NCBI RefSeq assembly: GCF_006345805.1
Contig: NC_042997.1
Location: forward strand, 147,560,001-147,624,000
Direction: 5' to 3'
DNA length: 64,000 nucleotides
Source: Octopus sinensis
Taxonomy: Eukaryota
The position numbers and the translations under genes were made by a program. Below the pieces are notes generated by a model. That model ran no database searches. It was given only the letters and a program-made list of their open reading frames with translations, and was not told the origin of the DNA. Shown piece after piece: positions 12,055 to 22,989 of the stretch; position 1 is the stretch's first letter; each line of letters begins with the position of its first letter.

Positions 12055-12440
12055 GGGATGGAAGCACTCCGTCGGTTACGACGATGAGGGTTCCGGTTGA
12101 TCCGATCAACGGAACAGCCTGCTCGTGAAATTAACGTGTAGGTGGCTGAGCACTCCACAGACACGTGTACCCTTAACGCAGTTCTCGGGGATATTCAGCG
12201 TGACACAGAGAGTGACACGGTCGGCCCTTTGAAATACAGGTACAACAGAAACAGGAAGTAAGAGTGAGAGAAATTTGTGGTGAAAGACTACAGCAGGGAT
12301 CACCACCATCCCTGCCGGAGCCTCGTGGAGCTTTAGGTGTTTTCGCTCAGTAAACACTCACAACGCCCGGTCTGGGAATCGAAACCGCGAGCCTACGACC
12401 GCGAGTCCGCTGCCCTAATCACTGGGCCATTGCGCCTCCA
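12055..12440 (-). mobile_element. tRNA-derived SINE family D, full length, with target-site duplication
   Basis: Head GGAGGCGCAATGGCCCAGTGATTAG..GGTTTCGATTCCC (A and B boxes). TSD GTCCATTAT at 12046-54 and 12441-49. Confidence 0.92.
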
Positions 12441-12449
12441 GTCCATTAT

Positions 12450-12650
12450 AACTACATATGGACCACTGCGATTTTTCCCCTCCTTGTTCCCTTTGTTTTG
12501 GACATTCCTAGTTTCCTGTTTCCGAAGCAGATCTGTGCTCGAAACGTAAAACAACAACTCTTTTCCTTCTCTGAGCGTTTTATTGATACTTTGCATGTGC
12601 TGCGACCTTACGTTGTCTAGTCTTTTTTCCCGTTTTTTGAATTAATTAAT
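12450..12650 (+). mobile_element. PLE-tail-like fragment (family P4) with a decayed HHR, right arm of the inverted pair
   Basis: GTTT-CCGAAGCA-GATCTG-TGCTC-GAAAC-GTA-AAAC. Shares CTCGAAACGTAAA..GAGCGT with 34755-34912. Confidence 0.6.
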
Positions 12651-13486
12651 TACTGCACGTTCACACGGACACCCGTCTTTCTGATAGGTTTGGAGTACCT
12701 AATTCATGAATTTATTTCTACCATTGAATTACTTCATCTTATTCATTCGGAGTACATCATTTCTGCACCTTTGATTTTATATATGTGTGTGTGTACACTA
12801 CTGGCTAAAATTCTTGGAAGCGGAGGCCCAGCATGGGTACAGTCCAAAGATTGAAACAAACACAAGACTGAACACGCATAAGAATAAACTCAAGCTGCAG
12901 CGACACTAAGATACGTATTAGAGTACCTTCAGGTGAGTCATAAATTCAAACAAACCCAAAATAGCTGTGGATTCATATCTCTCTAAGATTGTAAAACATT
13001 TTTAAAGAAGAGAATTCTTTATGAGATAAAGTGATGTGCTGCTCTCACTTAGAATGTCCTTGGTCTTATGTTTGCTGGATCAGCTGAGGAAAAATTAAAG
13101 AAATATCGAATTGATATTCTTGGGTACTTTTTTGTTGATATTCTTTCGTAGTCAATCTTGACTAATGCGACATATAATCAAAGGCATTCCACTTTTTATT
13201 AAATGTAAGTTGTTCTACGTTATATCATGTTTTTTCTTCAGTAGACTTCAGTGGTGGTAATAAAAGGAGATCTGAAGCGAGTCAAATGGTCACCGAGAAT
13301 TTTCCTCAAGCAGAACTTATTTAATATCGATCTGAATTAAACTAGGTGACGAATGTGCATGAAGCAAATAGAAAAACACAAGTTGCACAACAACTTAAAG
13401 TAAGAATATGTGATTTTAACATATACATACTTCTGACAGAAAACAAATGGATAAGTTGTTAACTTGTCAAAGGCGCGTAAATGTGT

Positions 13487-13488
<2 letters not shown>

Positions 13489-13546
<58 letters not shown>
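13489..13546. repeat. (GA)n microsatellite
   Basis: Directly visible. Confidence 0.98.
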
Positions 13547-13548
<2 letters not shown>

Positions 13549-13774
13549 CAAATAGAGAGAGAGAGAAAACAGAATTTGAGGATAAATTTGCGTGAATGCT
13601 CACGAAAGAGATAGGTCAAAGTTCAAGTTATATTCAAATAATTTCAAGATAAAATAAATATATTCTTCACTGCATTACACATCCTCACACGTACACACAT
13701 ATGTTTATGTTGATGTATTTCAACATGTAACTCCTTCCTCTTATCTTTCTCTCTCTCTCTCTGTATATATATAT

Positions 13775-14196
13775 AGTGCGGTGGGACACTTATTTATCAT
13801 TCACTACAATTGTTTCAACGCTACGTAGTTTTCTAAGCATACAGGCATTTGATTATGCAACTGTTTGTTTGCATACTTCAAGGCCATCTTCTCTGTGTAT
13901 CGTGGTTTGAAATTAGTAGAAGCTGAAAGACCCATAGTGCATTCCTTGGGAGCCTGTTTGTAGGACTGCTATGAATGATAGTAGATGGCACTGGCTGGAA
14001 TTTGAGTGGGATTGGTCTTCTATTTGAAAGTCGAGGATTTTAAAATAACTGAGACAGCAATCGTTATCGGTTGAGGAAACACAACTCGATCTCATTATAC
14101 AAACAAACAGCTGGATAATCAAATGCCTGTGTCCTTGGAGAACTACATTGCAACGAAACAACTGTAGCGAATAATAAACAAATGTCCAACCGTACT
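13775..14196. mobile_element. MITE with long (about 100-bp) diverged terminal inverted repeats
   Basis: 13775-13880 is the reverse complement of about 14093-14196, at an estimated 75-80% identity. Shared block: ACAGGCATTTGATTAT..CTGTTTGTTTG. Confidence 0.7.
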
Positions 14197-14358
14197 CCTC
14201 CTTGATTCCAATGTCTTCAATTTTATATTCATACATGACGAATCCCTAAATTTAAACTTGGAAGTATGTAAAATTACTATCGATACTACTGGGTAATTTT
14301 GAAGGTGGACAAACTCTATACTGTACTCTACCGCGTTCCTAACAGTATACAACATAAC

Positions 14359-14391
<33 letters not shown>

Positions 14392-14434
14392 TAATATATA
14401 AATATATGCATATATACATACATATATGTACATA

Positions 14435-14642
14435 CCTACCTATATATGTATATATACAGGCATATATGGGTACAGGACACAAAAAAAAACGTTGAACACA
14501 ATGAGAAACGAAAACATAAAAACAAAAACGTAGAAACGAACTTTTTTCAAACAACGAAAAAAAAACAGAGTACAGGACATACAACATAAGGAATATTCCC
14601 CTTCTTCAGTTGTCCCTGTTTCATCTACTCCGCGTTTCGACA
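14435..14642 (-). mobile_element. Third, diverged copy of PLE-tail-like family P2
   Basis: Reverse complement CGAAACGCGGAGTAGATGAAAC..CTGAAGAAGGGGA..GTGTCCTGTAC.CATATATGC aligns to 1625-1830. Confidence 0.7.
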
Positions 14643-15953
14643 CAGATATATATATATATATAAAGGAATGCATACAAACCTATTTACACATACATACTCT
14701 CAACAACCATCACTTCCTGATATACCAATCCACCGTGTTAAAAAGATTCTGGATAAAGTATTCCTAGATACATTATATCTGCAAAAATGAACGTTCTGGC
14801 CGGATTCTGCTCCAAATTCTGCTCTATAAGAGATGTAGCGGTGCTTAACAGAACTTACAAATGAGATCACGGGAACGATTTATTGTACGGTTTTAGCATA
14901 TAAGAGTAATTGTATTCTACTATAGACTTGGGCTGAAAAAAATGGGTGTGAAATTCGGTGGTATACTTAAACAGTTTAGACAAGGATTTGGCCATTGGTA
15001 GTAATATTGCAAACATTCGGTCCTTGTATTTTTACTTCAGCTCGTTTTAGAGACCCTAAAATGGAGTCATCTTTCATTGAGCTCTGTATGTTAAAATCAA
15101 ACAGTGTAGTAAGGGTGATTGGTTAAAGCACAAGATACACACAGAGAGTGAAAATAAGCGATGGAATGTGGGAAGGGCAGCAAAAGGGGGAGATAGATGC
15201 AGTAAAAGAGAGACAGGGTGTGTCTAGAGAGGAACTGAGAGTAGAAAGAGATGTAGGAGAAACAAAGAATTAAACGCCAAACAGACAGGATGACTATAGG
15301 AACAATATGATCTATAACACTGAAACAAATACATATTATAGTATTGTAGAACATATTCTTTAAGACAAGACAACAGACAACGCAAAACTTAAAACAAAAA
15401 CAGGAAACAAAGCAAATGTTGTAAGAAGAATGGAGATACATAATGACAAATATTGATCAAATAATTTTTTGGTGAGTAACGAGACTAACAAAGCTTGGTA
15501 GTAAAACTAAAGAAATATTGTGTTTGTGTGAATATTTATGTATATATGTATATGTGTGTGTATGTGTGTGTGTGGTGGTGGGGGGTATGTGGAAAAGTTA
15601 CACACAAATGAAAACAGTAAGATTTTGAAACAGCAAGAAAAATGTACAAAAGCGTACGTAGAGTTAAACCAGCAAAACTTGTGCCTGAAAAAGCATAAAA
15701 GTATAAAGAACAGAAAAGTATAAAGCAATAGATCAACAGTAGAAAAGTATACACTTAACAGAAATAAAGAAACGGATGAAAATATACTGTATTTCTGTAC
15801 ATTTTCTGTTAAATTCCAACCGCCACATTTACCATATATATTTTGGGCTTAGGAAAATATGGCACCATTACATGCTGGAGAAAAAAAGATCATTCTACAA
15901 AGGAAGAGTTACGTAAAACACGAAAGAGCAAATATTTTCATAGCAGAAATAGA

Positions 15954-15987
<34 letters not shown>

Positions 15988-16252
15988 TGCGTTTCTTTTT
16001 TCGTGTGTAAATGTCTATCTGTCTATCTGTCTATCTGTACATAAATAAACACTATAATTTTTGAAAGAATTATTTCTCCTATCTTGTTTGGATATTTGCT
16101 GGCCAAAGAAGTGGTTTCCTTGCAGCTACCCTGCCATAGTAGCCAAGTTATTGTGACACTTTACAGACATACTCCGATTCATTTGGAGTTATCCTGCAAA
16201 AGTAGCTGCCTTACAAGGAGATTGTTTACAAAAATCCACGTGACGCCTGCCC

Positions 16253-16905
16253 GGGGGCGTGGCTTAGTGGTTAGGTTGTTGGACTCATGATCGTAAGATT
16301 GTGGTTTCGATTCCTGAACTGGGCGACGCGTTGTGTTCTAGAGCAAACACTTCACGTCACGTTGCTCCAGTCCACTACGTTGGCAAAAACAAGTAATCCT
16401 GCGACGGGCTGGCATCCCGTCCAAGTGGGGAGTTTATACACTATGGGAACCTTATGAGCCGGCATCAGGGCCGGATTAAGACCCATTGAGGTCCTAAGCA
16501 CTTAAAAGATTGTGCGGCAATATAATTCAAAATATAAAGGATAACAAACCATAAAATAAAATTTTTTATGTTTCAAAATGGAACAAAACAGTGAGAGGGA
16601 AAATGTTTATTTTTGCATACTTCGACTTTGTTTATATTTGAAAAGTTTCCTCGTGCATTTTTGAATTGCGAAGTCTTTGATCATATCCTCAAAATTAATC
16701 TTTGGGAAGACATATGCATCTATACTTAGTAGAGATAAAGGCATCCCGAATATTAATTTTAGCAAGTTTAATTTGCTTTCTTTTCTGCTGTAAAACATTT
16801 ACCATTTCTGTGGTGCTCTTCTTTCCCTTGATGCCCTAAGCTTAATGGTTAATCCAGCACTGGTCAGCATGACACGAAAAGCTAACTGTACCTTCACCTT
16901 TACCT
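16253..16905 (+). mobile_element. tRNA-derived SINE family C, interrupted by a hAT insertion at 16466-16862
   Basis: Head GGGGCGTGGCTTAGTGGTTAG..GGTTTCGATTCC. Body CCTGCGACGGGCTGGCATCCCGTCC (resembles the MetaSINE-type domain, from memory). The tail resumes after the insertion. Confidence 0.8.
16466..16862 (-). mobile_element. Non-autonomous hAT deletion derivative retaining the C-terminal dimerisation-domain coding end
   Basis: TIRs CAGGGCCGGATTAA / TTAATCCAGCACTG. 8-bp TSD GCCGGCAT / GTCAGCAT (6/8). Minus-strand peptide LSLLSIDAYVFPKINFEDMIKDFAIQKCTRK. Confidence 0.85.
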
Positions 16906-17189
16906 GCTTATTCCTTTCCTCTGTTGGTGAATTGTAAAATAACTCTGTTGATTGTGGCAAGAGGAATTCTAAGGCTTCGTGCAATCTAAATACGCCCTCA
17001 AACTGATCCACAACATACCCTCTTGGAAAATGAGAAAAATTCTTTTGTGTCAGATGTTCGCAGTATGGCTGATCCCTATAAAATATTAATATAGTGTAGG
17101 CTGAAATGAAATGTTATACATTAACAAGTATGAAACACCAGATAGTGACAGCACAGTTAAATAAGTATGAGGAGTATCTATTTACTATC

Positions 17190-17562
17190 GAGATAAGATT
17201 GTTCCCAACCACATAGTTCCGGGTTCAGTCTCACTACGTGGCACCTTGGGCAGATGTCTTCTATTATAGCCTCGGGTCAATCAAAGCCTTGTGAGTGGAT
17301 TTGGTAGACGAAAACTGGAAGAAGCCCATCGTATATGTGTGTGTATGTGTGTGTGTGTGTCTGTACTTCTCCCCCCACCATCGCTTTGCAACCGATGCTG
17401 GTGTGTTTATGTCGTCGTACCTAGTGGTTCACCAAAAGAAACCGATAAAATAAGTACTAGGCTTATAAAGAATAAGACATGCGGTCGATTTCTTCTACTA
17501 ACACCCTATAAGGCAGTACTCCGGCATGGCCGCAGTCAAATGACAGAAACAAGTAAAAGAAT
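17190..17562 (+). mobile_element. SINE family A, near full length
   Basis: CCAACCACATAGTTCCGGGTTCAG..GGCACCTTGGGC..CAGTCAAATGACAGAAACAAGTAAAAGA. Confidence 0.9.
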
Positions 17563-18982
17563 ATATATGTATATATATATATATATATATATAACACTGA
17601 AACATTCTACCAGTATTCTTTTGTATTTGTGGCTTATGTATCCATGTATGTATATGTTTAGATTTGTATGTTTTATTTTATTTATGTATTCTCATGCATA
17701 TAGTTCCATATCTAGACATGTATATATGTATACCTTATGTATATATATATATATGTATATGAATTTATGCGCATAAACATATGTATTTAACCATATATAT
17801 GGTTCCATATGTGTGTGTGTTTGTATATATGCATACACATACATCAATAAGTAACTATGTTTTTGTAAATGTATATGTGTGTGTGCGTGTATTAATATAT
17901 ATACACGTACACACAAATATCTATATCTATACGTACACCTATGCAACTGAATGCCTCATCAGACATACATATTCTTTCATAGACAATGAGATAACAAAAG
18001 AAAATTTCGAATATTTAAGGAAAAACGACTAAGTAAAAAAACAACAAAACAATGAAATATTTGGTATAGATTCCTGAAAACAAAACAAATAGCTGGGTGG
18101 GATAGGGCAGTTTTGCAATGAAATTATTTTAGAAGTAGAATTTGAAGTAGAGAAAAGAACGACTATTAATGAAGCTGTAGAAATGCAGAAAAAATAGATG
18201 AAATATTGTTGCGTAAACTATGTTGAATTTTGCTTTTGTTTTCGCATAATGTCTCTTATCGTTAGGTTTGTCAGAGATTCGAGGTTTTAACAATTCTCTT
18301 GCTAAACGACGAACAGAGCAGAAAATATAAACAATAAAAAGAAAGAATTATTTATATATCTATAAATAAAATTGGGTTAAAGAACAGAAAACCATAAAGA
18401 TGGTAATATATTTTATTGGAAGAAATGTTTTCTGTGAACATTTTAATACTTTTGTCTTTGTGATTGAAAAAATATTGGAAAAATAGAAAAAAATAAAAAA
18501 TCAAGCGCTGACAATTTTGCATTGAAAATGCTGAGAAGTCTAACAAGAAAATAGGTAAGTTTCTAAAAGCAAAAACATATACAAAACACACCAAAATATG
18601 AAAACCTCAGAAATTTTCTTTGATACAAGAATAAGGATTTATTAAAGAAGGCTGTTGTTATTAATCGAAACTTGGATTTCAAGTTTATTCATATTGTTAG
18701 AAGTTAGAAAATGACGAGTTTAAAAAACAAAACAAAAAGAAGCAGAATCCTTCAGATGAAAGCTAGATTTGATACTTTGCATTATCAGCACGTCTGCATC
18801 CAAATATTTAGCAACCTCTGGATTCGCTTGTGTCAAGTTATTGCCTGAAAACGTTTGCAAGATTCTTAAGGTATTTAATAGCTTATCTCTCATTTTGTGT
18901 TTAATTCTACCTTGCAATCTATGATTACATTCAAGCTAAAATGTTGCCACAAAATTATTGGAGTAGAGCACACTAAGCCACC

Positions 18983-19298
18983 GGATCTTTACCTTTTGAC
19001 CTACAGACGCACGAAAGATGTCATAAATAACAGTGACAAACGAAAAATACACCGCCGATAGTTGTTGTTAACAAACAACGGCAGTAATTTTATTCAGCTG
19101 AATACACGTCATTGATTGGCTGAAATTACCGAAATACGAGAACTTTAACGTGAAATATCTTCGTAAATATAAGTTTTTCTCAAAAATGCTAAGAGTAAAA
19201 TATGTTTTATATGGCACATTTTACCAGTGTCCGAAGGTTGAAAGTGTTTAGTTACAAAAAATTATTTTTTATATCTGTAGGTCAAAAGGTAAAGATCC
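18983..19298. mobile_element. MITE with 25-bp perfect TIRs and a 9-bp TSD (MULE-like)
   Basis: TIRs GGATCTTTACCTTTTGACCTACAGA / TCTGTAGGTCAAAAGGTAAAGATCC. Flanks TAAGCCACC / AAGGCCACC (7/9). Confidence 0.85.
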
Positions 19299-19354
19299 AA
19301 GGCCACCTTTATATGTCCTTGTGTTTCTAATAAATTTAATATTTTTTCTAATTA

Positions 19355-19490
19355 TTGTACAAGGCCAGCAATTTTAGGAGAAGGGCTTAGTCAATTAAAT
19401 CGACACTTATACTTGAATTAGTACTTATTTTATCGACTCAGAAATAATGAACAGCAAAGTTGACGGCGACGGGAAATTGAACCCACCGAT
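19355..19490 (-). mobile_element. SINE family B fragment, diverged
   Basis: CAAGGCCAGCAATTTT..AATCGAC..GTACTTATTTTATCGAC..CAAAGTTGAC. Confidence 0.65.
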
Positions 19491-20039
19491 TCCACCAACT
19501 TCCCCAGCGTTTTCTTTCTGTTACATTTAAGTACTATAATTTCAGAGTGTTGTGAAATAAACAAACGTGTGCGTATTCTGCGTTAAATGGAGAAACGCTA
19601 TCGAGTGAAAATTGTGTATATAATAATTATAAGCTTGAAGCTCAAGCATTCATTATGTATTGGCTATAGAAAATTGTCTAAAAATGGAACATATGATGGA
19701 TAATTTACTGTAAACGGTTAGCACACTTACCGCGAATACAAAAGGCGTGTGTTCAATTCCCACGAGTACTAATACCCTGCACATGTTTTGTTTTCTTTTC
19801 AAAAATTATATTGAAGGCACAATTCGAATAAATCATTATCATTAATGCATTTGTATATTTTCTTAGTCATTCTTTATATTAAGTTGCTACTACACTGGAT
19901 GATAGTGGACTGTTTTATTGCTACATTTGCGTACTAAACTGAGACGGCGCTAAAGATGCTGTTTTAACTGATAAAACCATTGCGCCGAGATTTTAAAAAG
20001 ATTTACTTTTAACTCATATTCATTCTAATTTGCCTATAG

Positions 20040-21460
20040 CAGTTTCTACTTTATTGCTGAGATGAATTTGTGTGTTCAATTTTTGTGTTTTGCTATTAGC
20101 TATAATCTAGTTTTTTCTCTGTTGATTGTTATAGTGAAAATTGGTACCCTCCTTCCCACATGACAAGTGGTATGACTTGGCCACTACAAAGTCAGGCAGT
20201 CAACCGTTGTAGCAAGTCGGCTAGTAATACTAGAGTCTGGAGTTTCTTTTGTATGTTTATCGGAAAGATGAAGAAAACGCCAGCGGGCAGTCACTGTTAT
20301 GCGGCCACAACTAGAAAAGGATCAGAAGAGGAAACGTTGGAAATAATTGAAATTAGGGTGGAACCAGGGAAGATGAAGGAATGTGAGAAGTTACTGGAGA
20401 AAGAGGGAGATACGTTGAAGTTGACCCCACCTGCAGGACTGACAAGAAGTGTAACAAAACGAACAGTTTTATTTAAAAGAATGAAAATAGCAACGAGAAA
20501 GATAGAGATTGCGACAGTGGAGGAAACTGAAAAGGTTTTGAAAAGCATAACATAGCTAACGTCATATATAACAAGAAGGAAGTACGCCACCGTGGAGGTG
20601 CGCTTTGCGACGGAGGAAGAGGCAATTAAGCACGCAATGGAGGAACAAATCGGTGGAGTGGATAATTTTGCCGTCGTACTGTGGCAAGCGAGTGGCCAGA
20701 GTGCGAGTAGACAAAGTATCCACAGAACTAGAAGAAACATGACTGCTGCCAGCCATAATGTTCAACATGAAAGGTGGGGCCAAGATACTGAACGCCACAA
20801 GGACAAACAGAATCAACTAACGGGGATACGGGATCGAGCTCACTATCCAGTCAACAATAGAAGACTTAAACCGGATTGGTGAGGAGATAGTGCTGCCCGA
20901 CGACTTGAGATTGAGAGTGGTAGTAGAGGGCAGGCTGCCTGTATGTTTTACATGTGGAGAGAAAGGCCACATGAAGGCGAGGTGCCCACAGAGAGAACAG
21001 ATGGAGAAGCAGGAGAGTATGGAACAGGTAGTACAGGTGGAGATGGAAGAAAAAACAACGGAGGAGGTGGTGGAAAGAAAAAGGAGAAGTGGAAGAGTGA
21101 GTCCACCGCCAGGTAACCAGAAAAAGAAGAAAGAAGAGGTGGAAATGAATGATGCGCCCAGAAAGAAGGAAGACAAAATAGTGGTGGAGAAAAAAGTGAA
21201 AAAGTAATTGGAAAAGTGTGCGAGAATGATTTACAGAAGGAGGAAGCAGTGTTGAAGACGAGGAAACAGTGTTGAAGACGCCGGTTAATTCAGCGAAGGA
21301 GAAAGATTCAGGAGTGCAACTGTACGAGGATGAAATGGAGAAATTGTTCAGAGTATCACAGAGTGGAGATAGAAAAGGAAGAGATACCAAAAATAGAAGT
21401 AATAGAAAAGAGAAAAACCAAGAAGAGGAAAAAAATAAATGGGATATCGTAATATATGAA
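20040..21460 (+). mobile_element. Tx1/L1-type LINE 5' UTR and decayed ORF1 (RRM-like region, CCHC knuckle)
   Basis: YATVEVRFATEEEA motif, VVVEGRLPVCFTCGEKGHMKARC (CX2CX4HX4C), and a charged low-complexity tail; broken by stops and frameshifts. Confidence 0.8.
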
Positions 21461-21470
21461 AAAACAAAGA

Positions 21471-21567
21471 GGTTTTATATGACACATTCTATCAGTGTCC
21501 GAAGTTTGAAAGTGTTTTGCTACAAAAAAATAATATTTTAAATCTGTTGGTCAAAAGGTAAAGATCC
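21471..21567 (+). mobile_element. 3' partial copy of the 18983-19298 MITE
   Basis: Matches about 19203-19298, including the TIR GGTCAAAAGGTAAAGATCC. Confidence 0.85.
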
Positions 21568-21689
21568 CTCGAATGTTGTGGAGATTTCATCCTTTTAAGC
21601 AGTCCTGCGACGAGTAAAATTTACAAAACCCAATGCTGAACATCAATCGCATCGATTTCATCTGAGAAAGATTTCAAAGCAATTATCAC

Positions 21690-22025
21690 TTGAGGGGAAA
21701 ATATGAACAATGTGCCGTGTGTAAAAAGCTAAACGGAAATGTTTGAAACATATAATTTCAATATCGGATATTTTAACTGCTCAGAACAAAAAGGGAAATG
21801 GCCATGGTCTTCATAGACCAAGGAGGAGCAGTTCTGTTTCTTTCGGTAGACTTCCGTAGAAAAAACTAGGACTGGGATTATGCTCCAGGAAACTGAGGGT
21901 CTGTTTAGGAAGAGTATGGACACGTATGTGTGTTATGTAAGACAAAATACGGATGGCATGAAGAAGATAGACAGGCGTATGTGGGTGAGTGATGCAGCTA
22001 GCTATTTCAGAGAAACACATGGTGT
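21690..22025 (+). mobile_element. Possible decayed 3' end of a Tx1-type ORF2
   Basis: GKYEQCAVCKK (CxxC, zf-RVT-like), then a purine-rich coding-like stretch ending at (AG)n. Heavily frameshifted, and motif support is weak. Confidence 0.35.
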
Positions 22026-22026
22026 T

Positions 22027-22033
22027 GTAGTAT

Positions 22034-22088
<55 letters not shown>
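22027..22088. repeat. (AG)n microsatellite
   Basis: Directly visible. Confidence 0.98.
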
Positions 22089-22091
<3 letters not shown>

Positions 22092-22711
22092 TGACTGTGT
22101 GCGAGTTAATGGACAAATCAGTAAAATGACTTTCGAAGATATAGCCCAACTCTCGGAATATGAAGCTGCAATTGTGACAGTAGCAGTATAATTGAGCCTC
22201 TCACGCAAGCAGTACTGCAATATGGGTCGTACCTAAATGTTGTAGAAAGTCGAGCTTAGATATACGGGTAGTGTTTAATTGCTCTTAAAAGGTAGTCGTT
22301 AGGATGCAATTTAGACACCCCAGAGATACTACGATATAGCATTTCTGGCGACTTTGACGACATTTGTAGTGTGTTGAGTTTATAAATCCTCTCTCCCGAT
22401 ATATTCTATAAAATATTTTCATGAAATTGGCATTAATGATTTCATCACATTTTTATATTAAATTATAAAAGAAATTGAAATCCAAAATTGTTGTTCAGTA
22501 ACTGAACATCTTTTTGCAATATGAGTTAATCGACAGCCTCTCGATACTTTTAATATGTTATGATGGAAAAATCATTTCATTTAAAGGTTAATTGTCCGTG
22601 TTAGAAAAGTATATAAAATATATTTTTAAAAAATAATAGAATATAATATATTCTATTATCGTTCAGTTAAGTTTATCTAAAATTTCATCAAATTTAAAAA
22701 ATAATTACCTA

Positions 22712-22930
22712 TTATTGTGGTTTCAATTTAGGCACAAAGTCAGCATTTTGGGGAGGGGGAAAGTCAATTACATAGACCCCCCCCACTCTATTGGCACTAA
22801 TTTAATTGACCCCAACTGAAGAAAGACAAAGTCGATCTTGGCGGAATTTGAACTCTGAGCGTTAAGACGGACAAAATACCGCAAAGTATATTGTCCGGCG
22901 TGATAACGACTCTGCCAGCTCGCTACCTTA
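22712..22930 (-). mobile_element. SINE family B, monomer
   Basis: Reverse complement of AAGGTAGCGAGCTGGCAGAGTCGTTA..GAGTTCAAATTCCGCC..GTCGACTTTG. Confidence 0.85.
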
Positions 22931-22989
22931 TAATTATCTATTACATTTTCAGTTGGCTACCATTTAAAATTGAGTTAGATTCAATAATA

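Noticed and set aside
18720-18917. Protein-like 65-aa minus ORF (RIKHKMRDKLLNTLRILQTF..) and the overlapping plus-strand candidate exon (TSASKYLATSGFACVKLLPENVCKILK)
   Set aside because: Mutually exclusive readings of equal plausibility, with no recognisable family.
22235-22365. Imperfect nested inverted repeat, possibly an old MITE
   Set aside because: The arms are short and gapped, with no TSD and no second copy in the window.
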